Assembly (NCBI GenBank): GCA_964460615.1
Contig: CAYWPX010000010.1
Span: 1,252 to 65,251 of the forward strand
Source of the DNA: an uncultured Planctomycetia bacterium
Lineage (GTDB): Bacteria; Omnitrophota; Gorgyraeia; CAYWPX01
Direction of reading: 5' to 3'
DNA length: 64,000 bases
In this document: one piece after another, positions 47,680 through 57,934 of the stretch
Numbering within the stretch: position 1 is the stretch's first letter
How the letters are laid out: each line of letters opens with the position of its first letter
Position numbers and translations under genes: made by a program
The notes under the pieces: model-generated
The model's database searches: none
What the model saw: only the letters and a program-made list of their open reading frames with translations
What the model was told of the DNA's origin: nothing

Positions 47680-48300
47680 CTAAACTTTTGTATTAGCTTC
47701 CTTAATAACGGCTATTTCCTTCATGATCTTATCACTTATCTCCTGATAAAGCTCTGGGGTAGGATTCTTATGAAGCTCCTTAGTAAAATCAATGGGTTTT
47801 CCGATATACATCTTTACCGGACTGGGCTTAAACGTCCTTATCCGCCTGGGCATCGCATCAAAAGTGCCTTCAATATAACAAGGGATAACCGGCGCCCTTG
47901 ATTTATAAACCAAAAATCCCACTCCGGGCTTCGCACGTTTAAGAAGTCTGTTTTTTGTCCTTGTCCCTTCCGGAAAGATCACTAAGCCGTTTTTGGATAT
48001 CAATACCTTTAGCGATGTCTTTATGGCATTGAGATCCCTCCCGTGCCTTTTGACTGCGAACGTGTGCGCATGCTTAAGTACCCAGCCTATTACCGGGGAC
48101 TTAAGGAGCTCTTCGCGTGCCATAAAATAGAGGTTTCTATTGATATAAGCAGACACTAAAGGAGGATCCAGATAACTGGCGTGATTTGCAGTAAAAATAA
48201 ACGGGCCTTTTTTGGGGATATTTTCAAGGCCGATGACAGTTGGTTTAAGATAAAGCTTAAAAAACAAAATAAACAGCACCCTAAGAATAGGATAGAACAT
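47680..48300 (-). CDS. plsC: 1-acyl-sn-glycerol-3-phosphate acyltransferase
   Basis: NHASYLD and FPEGTR acyltransferase motifs. Confidence 0.8.
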   Translation of the reverse strand: MFYPILRVLFILFFKLYLKPTVIGLENIPKKGPFIFTANHASYLDPPLVSAYINRNLYFMAREELLKSPVIGWVLKHAHTFAVKRHGRDLNAIKTSLKVLISKNGLVIFPEGTRTKNRLLKRAKPGVGFLVYKSRAPVIPCYIEGTFDAMPRRIRTFKPSPVKMYIGKPIDFTKELHKNPTPELYQEISDKIMKEIAVIKEANTKV

Positions 48301-48403
48301 TTTTGATGTCCTTTATTAAGAATTGATCGTAGTTTTATAATTTAAACTAACAAAAAAACTTAAGTCTGTCAACTACACAAAACAGGGTTCGAAAAATAGA
48401 ATA

Positions 48404-48548
48404 CTGGATTCCCGCCTTCCCTCCACAAACACTGGCGGGCAGGCGCGGGAATGACAAATAATTAATTTATTTTTTCTCTTCCAACCTAAACCTTCTGGAT
48501 TCCCGCCGGAGTTTACCCCGTACTTATTACGGGGAGGGAATAACAAAT
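48404..48548. repeat. Two tandem GC-rich palindromic elements (CTGGATTCCCGCC…GCGGGAATGACAAATAATTAATTTATTTTTTCTCTTCCAACCTAAACC, then CTGGATTCCCGCC…CCCCGTACTTATTACGGGG…GAATAACAAAT)
   Basis: Near-identical to the units at 13501-13590. Confidence 0.7.
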
Positions 48549-48552
48549 CAGA

Positions 48553-50385
48553 TCAGGATCTAATTCCACTTATTTTTTTATTTAAACTATCTATTTTTTC
48601 GACAAGTGCGAGCCAGAGGTCTTCGTCCTCTTTTATCAGTTTTTCAAGTTCCTGGAAACGCCGGCTCCGCTCAAGCGACCAATTGGCAGAATTTTCGACA
48701 AAGAGTTTATGTATCTCTTCAAGCTCTTTCTTGTTGCCGTCCAATCTTGCTTGGACTTCTTTAAGGCGGGAATTAGTATTGGATATCTCGGACTTAAGCT
48801 CTTTTTCTACCGATTGAGGAGATTTTTTCTCAGTGGGAGGATTATGCTTTGGCTTGGTTTTAGGTTTTGGTTTTATCTCTTCATCTTCGCTTAATTCATT
48901 TATGACCCTTGTCTCCATGCTATAAACATACTCTTCATAATTCCCCGGGTAACGAATAATTGCACCGTCCTTTACTTCGACTATCTGAGTAGCAAGCATA
49001 TTAACAAATGTCCTGTCATGGCTTATAAAAAAAATGGTCCCGTCAAATTTCTTTAATGCTATTCCGAGAGCTTCGACAGTTTCAAAATCCAGATGGTTAG
49101 TCGGTTCGTCGAGAAGCAGCACATCGCTTTTTGATAAAAGAAGCCCCGCTAAGCACAGCCTTGCCTTTTCGCCTCCGCTTAATACCGGGACTTTTTTATA
49201 AACATCATCATCCCTGAATAAAAAACTTCCAGCCAAAGCAAGTATGTCCTGTTTTGTGACATAATTATCTGACTTACTCAATAGGTGATCATAGACATCA
49301 TGCCTTGGGTCAAGGCTTGAGAGAACATGCTGGGCGTAATACCCGACCTTTAAACCATAGCCCCATTTAAAAGTTCCGTTTTTCGCATCCAAGTCTCCTG
49401 CAACCGTACGCATAAATGTTGTCTTTCCCTGGCCGTTATCCCCCAAGACAGCTACATGCTCACCCTGGTTAAACTCCATATTAATCTTATCTGCAACTAC
49501 ATGGGTCGGATAACCTACAGCAAGATCTTCGCACCTAAATGCCGGGATATTCCTTTTCTCTACATTTGGGATCTTGATATGAACGTTTCCAAGCTGATGT
49601 TCGGTATCTATAGTTTTAAGCCTCTCCATCTTTTTCTTCATAGATCTCGACTGAGTAGCTTTGGACGCTTTTGCTCCGAAGCGGTCAATAAATGCCTGCA
49701 ACTGCTTTTTTTTGGCAAGGATATTTTTATTGTGGCAATCTATCAACCTCACCTGTTCTTCTTTGAACATAAGATATTCTTCGACTGTCCCGGGATACAG
49801 ATTGAAAGAACCGTTTTCAATCTCAAGAGTTTCTTTACAGGTTTTTATGAGAAATTCTCTATCATGGGAGACTATTATAAACCCTCCCCTGAAATCAAGA
49901 AGGAACTCTTCCAGTAAGATAAGAGTTTTCAAATCGAGATAATTTGTAGGTTCATCTAAAATGAGAAAATTCGGGTCCCTTAATAACATTGAGGCTAATT
50001 TCACCCTGGTCCTGAATCCGCCGGGCAAAGTACCTATCTCCTTTTCCAGAATTTCGTTAGTCAGCTGAAAACTTGCGGCGATCTTGCCGCATTCCCAGGC
50101 CTCTTTTCCGGTATAACGCATCAGAAAATCTATAACTTTCTCGTCGAGCCTGAAAGGGTCGTGCTGCTCTAAGTACGCTAATCGAAAATTAGAGCACTCC
50201 TGTATGGAGCCTCCGTCCAGCTCCTCCTGGCCTGTAATGACTTTACAGAGAGTGGACTTGCCGGCGCCATTTCTTCCTATAACGCCTATCTTATGGTCTT
50301 CAGCAATAGCAAGGCTGGCATTCTCAAAGATTACCTGAGCGCCGTATGACTTGTAAAGATTGTTTAACTGCAACAGTGTTCTCAC
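48553..50385 (-). CDS. ABC-F family ATPase (two ABC domains, no TMD, C-terminal coiled coil; Uup/EttA-like)
   Basis: Two Walker A sites (GRNGAGKST, GDNGQGKTT), two LSGG signatures, charged coiled-coil tail. Confidence 0.85.
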   Translation of the reverse strand: MRTLLQLNNLYKSYGAQVIFENASLAIAEDHKIGVIGRNGAGKSTLCKVITGQEELDGGSIQECSNFRLAYLEQHDPFRLDEKVIDFLMRYTGKEAWECGKIAASFQLTNEILEKEIGTLPGGFRTRVKLASMLLRDPNFLILDEPTNYLDLKTLILLEEFLLDFRGGFIIVSHDREFLIKTCKETLEIENGSFNLYPGTVEEYLMFKEEQVRLIDCHNKNILAKKKQLQAFIDRFGAKASKATQSRSMKKKMERLKTIDTEHQLGNVHIKIPNVEKRNIPAFRCEDLAVGYPTHVVADKINMEFNQGEHVAVLGDNGQGKTTFMRTVAGDLDAKNGTFKWGYGLKVGYYAQHVLSSLDPRHDVYDHLLSKSDNYVTKQDILALAGSFLFRDDDVYKKVPVLSGGEKARLCLAGLLLSKSDVLLLDEPTNHLDFETVEALGIALKKFDGTIFFISHDRTFVNMLATQIVEVKDGAIIRYPGNYEEYVYSMETRVINELSEDEEIKPKPKTKPKHNPPTEKKSPQSVEKELKSEISNTNSRLKEVQARLDGNKKELEEIHKLFVENSANWSLERSRRFQELEKLIKEDEDLWLALVEKIDSLNKKISGIRS

Positions 50386-50661
50386 TTTTTATATATTTCC
50401 TTCTAATTTTAAAATAAACCGTTTAATTAAGCTTGGGATAAAAATGGCTATGACCATTGCACCGGATCATAGCCTATAGCATATTTAACATTATTTTAAT
50501 ATATTATAAATAAAATACCCGAATATATCAAGGTAAATTTAAACTATAAAAAATAACTCCACAAATTTTGGCTTTAGAAAAATTCATATCTTCCTTGTCT
50601 TATCTAAATAAGTATTGCGCCGTTTTATTATCCAGACACAAAAACCTGATTACAATCTCAA

Positions 50662-51027
50662 TTATCTAACGATATCCTTAATTTTTGCTATTATCGAGTT
50701 CAGATCTATAGGCTTAGCTAAGAGGCCTCCTATCGTGTCTAAGAGCCCTGCCTCTTCGAGTTCCTTATTCATGAAAGGTTTCCCGCTTATTAAAAGCACT
50801 TTTCTTCTGATATTTTCACTAAGGCTTTTGACTAGTTCTACGCCGGTTATCCCGCTCATTTTATTATCCAGGATTATCGCATCAAAATCCCCGCTTTGGG
50901 CAAGTTTTTGCCCCTCCCTGCTTTCTGAAACTGACGTTGTCAAAAAACCTTCACTGCTTAATGCCTCCGTAAGTTCTTCGCAAAGTTCTACATCATCATC
51001 AATAATTAAAAGCCTTTTATTGGTCAT
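50662..51027 (-). CDS. Response regulator, receiver domain only
   Basis: LLIIDDD…AIILDNKM…K pattern. Confidence 0.8.
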   Translation of the reverse strand: MTNKRLLIIDDDVELCEELTEALSSEGFLTTSVSESREGQKLAQSGDFDAIILDNKMSGITGVELVKSLSENIRRKVLLISGKPFMNKELEEAGLLDTIGGLLAKPIDLNSIIAKIKDIVR

Positions 51028-51162
51028 TAATCCCCCTCTTATTATAGATATGTGCTATTCTTTTCTGTGGCGCACTTTAGGGCTAACTTTATGGATCAGA
51101 AAATTATCCTGCCATACCAACAACCCATTGCTTGTCAATATACGGTGATGATGGCCTCGAAA

Positions 51163-51354
51163 TTATTTTTTCTTTACCTGGTAATGCAATTTTTCCTTAA
51201 TATAATCCTCGACGTCACTTTTTTGAATTCTGAACCCGCCTCGCCGGCCTTCTTTGTAGGCTTTGATCTTTTTTTCTCTGATTAATTCACGGACATATTC
51301 CTCACTGACCCTTAGAATTTTTGCGACTTCCTTAGTAAGCAACAGGTCTTCCAT
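51163..51354 (-). CDS. Small helix-turn-helix DNA-binding protein (excisionase/MerR-like HTH)
   Basis: LLTKEVAKILRVSEEYVRELIREKKI HTH. Confidence 0.55.
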   Translation of the reverse strand: MEDLLLTKEVAKILRVSEEYVRELIREKKIKAYKEGRRGGFRIQKSDVEDYIKEKLHYQVKKK

Positions 51355-51512
51355 ATGATCTCCTTAAATATTGATAACAATGCAATCTAATACAATTTAT
51401 AATAAACCAACCTATGAAAATAGAAAATGACTTTTTTCCCTATATTATTGATTTTTTTCTACCTGTAGATATATGCGGATATAAACACATTGGCCGGTCT
51501 GGATCCAATGGA

Positions 51513-52697
51513 TTACTGATTGATATGGACTACTTTTGCCGGGGGAAAACCGTTAAAATACGTGGAAGATGCTATACTATAGGCGCCGATATTTTCTGCA
51601 TACAACAAATCGTCTATCTCTAATTCCGGGAGTTCATCTGCAACCGTGATAGTATCCAAAGCATCACATGTCGGACCGAACACCGCCGATAGCTTAGGCT
51701 CCCCTTCCTTGAATGCTTTTAATTGATACTGGCAATGATCGAATATGATACCTGAAAACGTGTGATATACGCCGTCATCTACATAGTAACAGGTCTTGCC
51801 GTCACGGACAGCCTTACCGATAATCTTTGTCACAAGAGTCCCGGCATTAGCGGATATAAACCTTCCTGGTTCAGCCAAGATCTCCATAGTATCAGGAAAA
51901 AGCCTTTTAAATTCTGTGTTCAGTTTCTTTGCTAAGGTCTTAAACGCCTTTACCTTGCTATGGTATTTTACGGGGAAGCCTCCGCCGATATCGACAATAT
52001 TGATCTTATACCCGCGGGATTCGGATTCTTTAAGGATGGACTTGGTCAATTGAAGCGACTGCATGTAATTTTCAAAATTATTGCACTGACTCCCTACATG
52101 AAAACTTAATCCCTCTACAACTAAGCCCATTTTGAATGACTCAACTATCAGGTCCACGGCTTCGCCCGGATCTATGCCGAATTTACTTGATAATTCAACC
52201 ATGGAGCCAGTATTGGGGACCTTGATCCTCAGGCATAACCCCGCGTGAGGACAATGTTTTTTTATCTTTTTAAGCTCCTCCATATTATCATAGGTTACTA
52301 AAGGCTTATACTGGTCCAGCTCATGAAGCGCCTCTACCTGTTTAATAGTATTGGCATAAATAATATTATTCGAAATAAAATCCTGGCGTTCTTTAGCTTT
52401 CAGATCTTTTATATTTTCATAAACTATCTTAAACTCAGGCAGGCTCGCCACGTCAAAACTAGCACCCAGCTTATAAAGCGTCCTGACAATTTCGGGATCA
52501 GGATTTGACTTAACGGCATAATATGCCTGGACCCTGGGCAAACTCTCCATGAATTCAAGGTAGTTTTCCCTTATCTTTTCGTGGTCTATAATAAGGACCG
52601 GAGTTCCGTGTTTTTGTGCTATCTTCTGAAGACGATCGAGATAGGCCTTATTTGTCTCTTCCTGCGTACCGTTATTATTCTTTTCTATCACTGCCAT
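51513..52697 (-). CDS. Type III PLP-dependent decarboxylase (ornithine/carboxynorspermidine decarboxylase family)
   Basis: YAVKSNPDPEIV lysine-PLP motif, GGG motif; adjacent to homospermidine synthase. Confidence 0.75.
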   Translation of the reverse strand: MAVIEKNNNGTQEETNKAYLDRLQKIAQKHGTPVLIIDHEKIRENYLEFMESLPRVQAYYAVKSNPDPEIVRTLYKLGASFDVASLPEFKIVYENIKDLKAKERQDFISNNIIYANTIKQVEALHELDQYKPLVTYDNMEELKKIKKHCPHAGLCLRIKVPNTGSMVELSSKFGIDPGEAVDLIVESFKMGLVVEGLSFHVGSQCNNFENYMQSLQLTKSILKESESRGYKINIVDIGGGFPVKYHSKVKAFKTLAKKLNTEFKRLFPDTMEILAEPGRFISANAGTLVTKIIGKAVRDGKTCYYVDDGVYHTFSGIIFDHCQYQLKAFKEGEPKLSAVFGPTCDALDTITVADELPELEIDDLLYAENIGAYSIASSTYFNGFPPAKVVHINQ

Positions 52698-52702
52698 TAG
52701 TA

Positions 52703-54148
52703 TTAATCCTTAAAAAGGAAGTTATTGAACGCCCACATATTTTTCTTATCCAAATAGGCGTTAGGATTTTCTTTAAAAAATAATTTATAATTCTTGAAAG
52801 GCGTCCAGTCCGATGCTTCGGAGACCAGCTTCCCTAAGTAGGGCTTTGCGATCCTCAAAACATAGTCATAGGGAAGATCGTCCGGTATACACCATCCTTC
52901 ATTCGGATTGTCTATCATCCACATAGTAGCGGCAACAACTCCTATCGCTACCTGCATGGTTGTGGCGTTCTGATGCGGTAATATCCTTCTCGATTCTTCT
53001 ATACTCAGTATCGATCCGGTCCACCAGGAATTATACTTATGCCCCATAAGAAGCGCGCCTAAAATATCTTCGCCTTTAGTTATCTCATCGCTCATAATAC
53101 GGCACTTTGGCTGCAATTCATAATTTCGGCAGCGGATTTCATACAAACTTGAAAGCGTCTCATGGCACGGCATATACGCGTAATGGACTGTCGGGCGGTA
53201 GATCGCCTTGCCGTTTTTCCATACGGTAAGCTTGTCTGAGATAGTAAAGGCCTCTCCATGACGGATGACCATCCCGATAATTTCCTGATATGGTATCCAT
53301 GACCTTACCCAGGTATTCATCCCCATCTGTGAAAGGAATATCTGGTTCTTTGGGCCGTACTCAGGGACATATGCAAGCGGAGGTAACATCTTTTCATGAG
53401 TTCCCCAACCCATCTCTGCAGGAGCAACTCCCTCTTCGCGAAGCCCCTCTATGGACCAGGTACCTACAAATTCATCTATCTCTTTTGGTTTATTTGTTAT
53501 CTGAGTATCACGCTCGCTTACATGGATTACCTTTATACCTAAAGCCATGGATAATTGGGCAAAATCTTTTTTGGAAATAAGCTCTTCTAAGGTATCTACC
53601 TCTTTTTTAGGTGTGGTCTTGTCTTTAACAGCCTTTTTAGCGATATCAATGATCCCTTTTTTTGTAAAGTGGGATATAAGCCCGGGGTTTGCCCCGTGGT
53701 CAACAACAGAAGTAGTGCCGTTCTCCCAGGTAGCTGTCATTTTCCTGAGCCCCATCTGCCTATAATAGAGGGATTTTTCCAAAGGAGTTTTTCTCCCCAT
53801 ATCAGCATAAGGGTCCCATTCCTCAACAGATGTATTCACATAAAGAACCTTATTATCATGGCACCAGCTCAATAAGTCCCTGCAGTCGATATTCCACGCC
53901 AGGTCAATTATAAGCCCGCCCGCAGAGACATGCTTAGAAAGGATCCTTGTTATATTTATCGGAGTGATCTGTTCTTTAAAATATTTTATGCCTTTACTGG
54001 TCCAAGGCTTAAGCTCTTCTGTCTTATCGACAAAATCAATGATCGTAATATTGTGATGAGGAATTTTAATGTGTTTTAATAATATTGGTAGCGTGCATTT
54101 GGAGACTGAACCGTAGCCAATAATCAAAACCTTGTTATTAAATTCCAT
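52703..54148 (-). CDS. hss: Homospermidine synthase (saccharopine-dehydrogenase-like family)
   Basis: N-terminal NAD fold IIGYGSVSKCTLPIL and GANPGLISHF, ERDTQ, WSIEG, ELGWGTHE, YRPTVHYAYMPC blocks recalled from bacterial HSS; length ~480 aa. Confidence 0.7.
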   Translation of the reverse strand: MEFNNKVLIIGYGSVSKCTLPILLKHIKIPHHNITIIDFVDKTEELKPWTSKGIKYFKEQITPINITRILSKHVSAGGLIIDLAWNIDCRDLLSWCHDNKVLYVNTSVEEWDPYADMGRKTPLEKSLYYRQMGLRKMTATWENGTTSVVDHGANPGLISHFTKKGIIDIAKKAVKDKTTPKKEVDTLEELISKKDFAQLSMALGIKVIHVSERDTQITNKPKEIDEFVGTWSIEGLREEGVAPAEMGWGTHEKMLPPLAYVPEYGPKNQIFLSQMGMNTWVRSWIPYQEIIGMVIRHGEAFTISDKLTVWKNGKAIYRPTVHYAYMPCHETLSSLYEIRCRNYELQPKCRIMSDEITKGEDILGALLMGHKYNSWWTGSILSIEESRRILPHQNATTMQVAIGVVAATMWMIDNPNEGWCIPDDLPYDYVLRIAKPYLGKLVSEASDWTPFKNYKLFFKENPNAYLDKKNMWAFNNFLFKD

Positions 54149-54317
54149 AATTATTCTTCTCCTTGAATTTTTTAGAAAATTATTTTTTGGAATCGTTTAC
54201 ATTGTACATCAACACAGCTTTTTATGTCAAGCGGAGTATATACATTCATCTAAAAAAATATTTTTGGATTTTGTGCCAAGAAAATAAGTTGCCGTATCAT
54301 GTCTGATCAGCAATTTA

Positions 54318-55079
54318 TCACTCAGAATGGCTTTTTAGGTCGGTATCCACCAGCAATATTTCAGCATCGATTTTGGCGCCTACGGCGAATTCTTTTTCTT
54401 CGATTATCTCGGCCGATCCCAGGCTTTGTATAACATTTTCGTTTAACATAATCGGCCCGCCCTCCAGAAGATACAGGTAGGCTCCGCGCCCGGCTTTAAG
54501 CGTATAACATACGGTCTTGCCTTCCTCGAGAAATAAGGAATAAACCTCGGCATCTGAATTTATCTTGAGCGCATTAGGATCTTTACCGGATACAAGTTTA
54601 CAGAACTTATTGGTCCTGTCGGATCTATCTACAATTTTTTGTTCAACCGAAGGTTTGAGATTTTTTTCTGATGGCACGAACCACATCTGGATAAATCTAA
54701 GAGAAATATCTTCTCTGTTATTTATCTCTGAATGCCACATACCTTTACCTACTGTGGTATGCTGGACCCATCCTTTTTTCAATACGCCACCGCCACCTTT
54801 TTCGTCCGCATGCCGGAATTCCCCTTCAACGCAATACGTAACAACCTCTATATTGCGATGCGGGTGCATAGGCCAGGTGGCTCCGGGCGAAAGAATATCA
54901 TCATTAAAAACTTTGAGATTCCCGAAGCGGATATAATGGCTGTCATAATAATCCCCGAAAGAAAAATGCCATCTTCCGGAGAAAGCCCCTTTTTCTATTT
55001 CCCCGGAGGCTTTGTAATAATCTTTTGCTTTGCGTATAATGACCATGGGTCGGTACCTTTTAGTTGAACCTCGGGGCAT
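54318..55079 (-). CDS. Pirin family (cupin) protein
   Basis: HPHRNIEVVTYCVEGEFRHADEKG metal-binding motif. Confidence 0.85.
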   Translation of the reverse strand: MPRGSTKRYRPMVIIRKAKDYYKASGEIEKGAFSGRWHFSFGDYYDSHYIRFGNLKVFNDDILSPGATWPMHPHRNIEVVTYCVEGEFRHADEKGGGGVLKKGWVQHTTVGKGMWHSEINNREDISLRFIQMWFVPSEKNLKPSVEQKIVDRSDRTNKFCKLVSGKDPNALKINSDAEVYSLFLEEGKTVCYTLKAGRGAYLYLLEGGPIMLNENVIQSLGSAEIIEEKEFAVGAKIDAEILLVDTDLKSHSE

Positions 55080-55085
55080 CCATCA

Positions 55086-55451
55086 CTATCCTGTAACAAG
55101 CGGGTTGCCCATCCTTTGCCACTCCTCGAGGCCCCCCTTATAATCAAGGGCATTATAACCCAAAACCGAGAGCTTCTTCGCCGCTTGAGTACTGGCAATA
55201 CACTTAAACCCACCGCAATAAACAATGATATTATCATCTTTTGACAATAACTCTTTTGCGGTTGTCATATTTATAGTATCCGACGGAAACGGTATAGCTC
55301 CCTCTATATGGCCCCTTTTGTAACTGTCTAACGGCAACACGTCCAACAGGATATATTTGTCTTCGGAATTCCTGATCTCCATAAATTGGTCGTAGGTGAT
55401 CTCTCTGATCCCGCTTTTTGACACCGTATTCTTGACGATTTCAGAAAACAT
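55086..55451 (-). CDS. Rhodanese-like domain protein
   Basis: Single rhodanese fold with active-site loop region VYCGGFKC. Confidence 0.7.
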   Translation of the reverse strand: MFSEIVKNTVSKSGIREITYDQFMEIRNSEDKYILLDVLPLDSYKRGHIEGAIPFPSDTINMTTAKELLSKDDNIIVYCGGFKCIASTQAAKKLSVLGYNALDYKGGLEEWQRMGNPLVTG

Positions 55452-55465
55452 GTTTTGCTCCTTTC

Positions 55466-57004
55466 TTAAATTTTATCAGAAACTTTTGTTACGCTGAATT
55501 TACCTCCGCCCAATATGGATAAAGCTATCAACGCGCATAAAATTATAAAATTATACTCCCATCCGCCGGTAGAGATAAAAAATCCGTTCTTCCAGTGAAC
55601 CAGCTTAACTGCCATAATTGTAAAAATTATCAGCGGGATAGTCGCAATCCTTGTAAAGACCCCCAAAATAAGGCAGCTCCCACCCACAAGACATGAATAG
55701 GAAGCAATGTATGACCAAAGAATTTGAGGCAACCCCAGCATATTAGGCAATGTACTTGAAAATTTTTCTACCCCCGGGCCTTCAAATAACCCGAACGCCA
55801 TCTGAAGCCCATGCGCCACAAACATCACCCCCAGGCCAATCCTTAAAACTAAACTTGCCAAACTTGATGTAATCATCTTATCCCCCTTTTTTACAATAAA
55901 TTCCTTTATAATCCCAAACCCTTTTTGCCAACTATAAGACCGGTAAAAGCACATCATAAAATGTAAAAATGTCGCAAAAAATCCTGTTACATTCACCCCG
56001 AGGACAATCCCGCAGGACCTGTCATTGGCCATGGGTATTATGTACCCCAGATCCATTGTTCTATACTTACGCAGCCTTTTTTTCTTTATATTTCTTATTA
56101 TATTTTTCGCTACACTGTCTGCCTCGGATAATGCGAACTGGACCGCCATTCTCAGATATATATCCTTCTGCCTTACATAAGCTGAGTCTCCCACAACAAA
56201 AACCCGCTCATCAATCCTGAGGTACTCATCTACCTCTATCCTCCCTTGTCCATTTTTCTTTACATCTAAATTCTGTATAAAATCCGCCGTTTTAACACCG
56301 GCAACCCATATGACAATAGCATTTTCAATAACAGTCCCGTTGGAAATATAGACCCTCTCCCCTTCGATTTTATTTATACTGCTATTAAGAAGTACTTCTA
56401 TCTCCAATCTTTTGAAATTAGAATAAACATAATTTTTTATCCACTCCGGTAATTGCCCTAAGATGGATGAAGATTTTTCGACGATCATAATTCTGGCAAT
56501 TTTGGCTTCTTTTTTTAAAAATATCCTTAAATTAGAAGCGACTTCCGCGCCGGTATAACCTCCTCCGGCTATTATGTATGCACCAACTTTTCTAAATTTA
56601 ATTTTTTCAAGCAGCACCTTAGTATCGTTTAAATCATCCAGCTTTGAGGCGAACTTTTTTATGTTTTCATTTCCATAAAAATTAGTTTTGCTTCCGCTTG
56701 CTATCACAAGATAATCATAGCTTAAAATACGGTTTTTAGTACTGACCTCTCTATTTTTGATATCAACGGAAATAACCTCTTCTTCAATAAATTCAAAGCC
56801 ATACCTATTTACAATCTCTCCTATAGAATATGCAAGATATCCCGGGGTTATTCCTCTGCCAAGGCAATCAGGAAGTTCGGGCAAAAAATCTGAAGTGCTT
56901 TTTTTATCAAGAAGAATAACCTCGATATGAGGCCTAAACCGCGCCAATTTTTTTGCAGCCATAAGCCCCCCGAACCCGCCTCCGACTATAATGACTCTAT
57001 CCAA
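55466..57004 (-). CDS. NAD(P)/FAD-dependent oxidoreductase (NDH-2 / SQR-like) fused to a C-terminal DoxX membrane domain
   Basis: IIVGGGFGGLMAAKKL dinucleotide fold, second GGGYTG fold, then a ~130-aa polytopic DoxX-like tail (LRIGLGVMFVAHGL…). Confidence 0.7.
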   Translation of the reverse strand: MDRVIIVGGGFGGLMAAKKLARFRPHIEVILLDKKSTSDFLPELPDCLGRGITPGYLAYSIGEIVNRYGFEFIEEEVISVDIKNREVSTKNRILSYDYLVIASGSKTNFYGNENIKKFASKLDDLNDTKVLLEKIKFRKVGAYIIAGGGYTGAEVASNLRIFLKKEAKIARIMIVEKSSSILGQLPEWIKNYVYSNFKRLEIEVLLNSSINKIEGERVYISNGTVIENAIVIWVAGVKTADFIQNLDVKKNGQGRIEVDEYLRIDERVFVVGDSAYVRQKDIYLRMAVQFALSEADSVAKNIIRNIKKKRLRKYRTMDLGYIIPMANDRSCGIVLGVNVTGFFATFLHFMMCFYRSYSWQKGFGIIKEFIVKKGDKMITSSLASLVLRIGLGVMFVAHGLQMAFGLFEGPGVEKFSSTLPNMLGLPQILWSYIASYSCLVGGSCLILGVFTRIATIPLIIFTIMAVKLVHWKNGFFISTGGWEYNFIILCALIALSILGGGKFSVTKVSDKI

Positions 57005-57899
57005 AGATAACTCCTATGATTATTAATAAGCTCACAACTGAATGTATAGTTATTGTCAGCCTGGACGACTCAATAAGCTTTACCTTATCGTGCCAATGGC
57101 TCTTTAATATCCCGGCGGCTTTCATTGCTCCTGATACAGCAAAGAGAGAGACAATAGCCGGTAAACCCATATAGCCGCATATTATATTTAAAACAATGGA
57201 TAAGAACGCACATACCATAAGAACCAGGTAAAGTATGTAGGCGCGTTTTTGTCCGATAATAGATACCCATGTAAATTTACCGGATCTAATATCATCCTTA
57301 AAATCAGGTATCTCATTGGCATAAAGAATGGCGGTGGCTATAAACCCGAACGGTAAAGACAAGATAAAACTTTTTAAATCAGGGACCTGCCCTCCCTGAA
57401 GAAAATACCCTCCCATTACAGGCGCAGGACCAAAAAGTATAAAAATTATTATCTCGCCATACCTTCGATAGGAAAACTGCAACGGCTTGGCCGAATATGA
57501 CCAGGCCAAAAAAAGCACTCCAAAAAAAACGGCTATTATGAATATGTTTTTTTGTATTATTGCTATAACGAGCGCCGACAAACAAGAAATAGCCGCCATT
57601 AGCAAAGCCAGGTAAAAATAGAACCTTCCCGAAAATACCGACTCCTGTATCAGCTTGGATCCGCCGAAGTACCTGTAAAATTTTGTATCCTGCCAATCGA
57701 CCCCGGTCTTTGAATCCGCATAGTCATTGATAAGATTGGCGCTCAAATGCCCTGCCATTACCGTAATAAGCCCGAGCACAAAATTGGTGGCGTCAAAAAA
57801 ACCCTTTATGGCCAGCGACCCCGAGATAAAAGGCATTAGGCTGGCCAAAGTAAACGGCAGCCTTAAAGCCCGCATTATGTTATTAATAAAATTTTTCAT
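56997..57899 (-). CDS. UbiA-family prenyltransferase (MenA-like)
   Basis: NDYADSKTGVD Asp-rich motif, ~9 TM; 8-nt overlap with the downstream gene. Confidence 0.8.
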   Translation of the reverse strand: MKNFINNIMRALRLPFTLASLMPFISGSLAIKGFFDATNFVLGLITVMAGHLSANLINDYADSKTGVDWQDTKFYRYFGGSKLIQESVFSGRFYFYLALLMAAISCLSALVIAIIQKNIFIIAVFFGVLFLAWSYSAKPLQFSYRRYGEIIIFILFGPAPVMGGYFLQGGQVPDLKSFILSLPFGFIATAILYANEIPDFKDDIRSGKFTWVSIIGQKRAYILYLVLMVCAFLSIVLNIICGYMGLPAIVSLFAVSGAMKAAGILKSHWHDKVKLIESSRLTITIHSVVSLLIIIGVIFG

Positions 57900-57934
57900 T
57901 TGTTTTGCCTTATCTATTATGTTAGGATAATTGT

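Noticed and set aside
50409-50424. 16-mer AAAATAAACCGTTTAA shared between 20612-20627 and 50409-50424 as a regulatory motif
   Set aside because: Only two copies, in different contexts (downstream of an operon and upstream of a start codon). Insufficient evidence beyond chance in AT-rich DNA.
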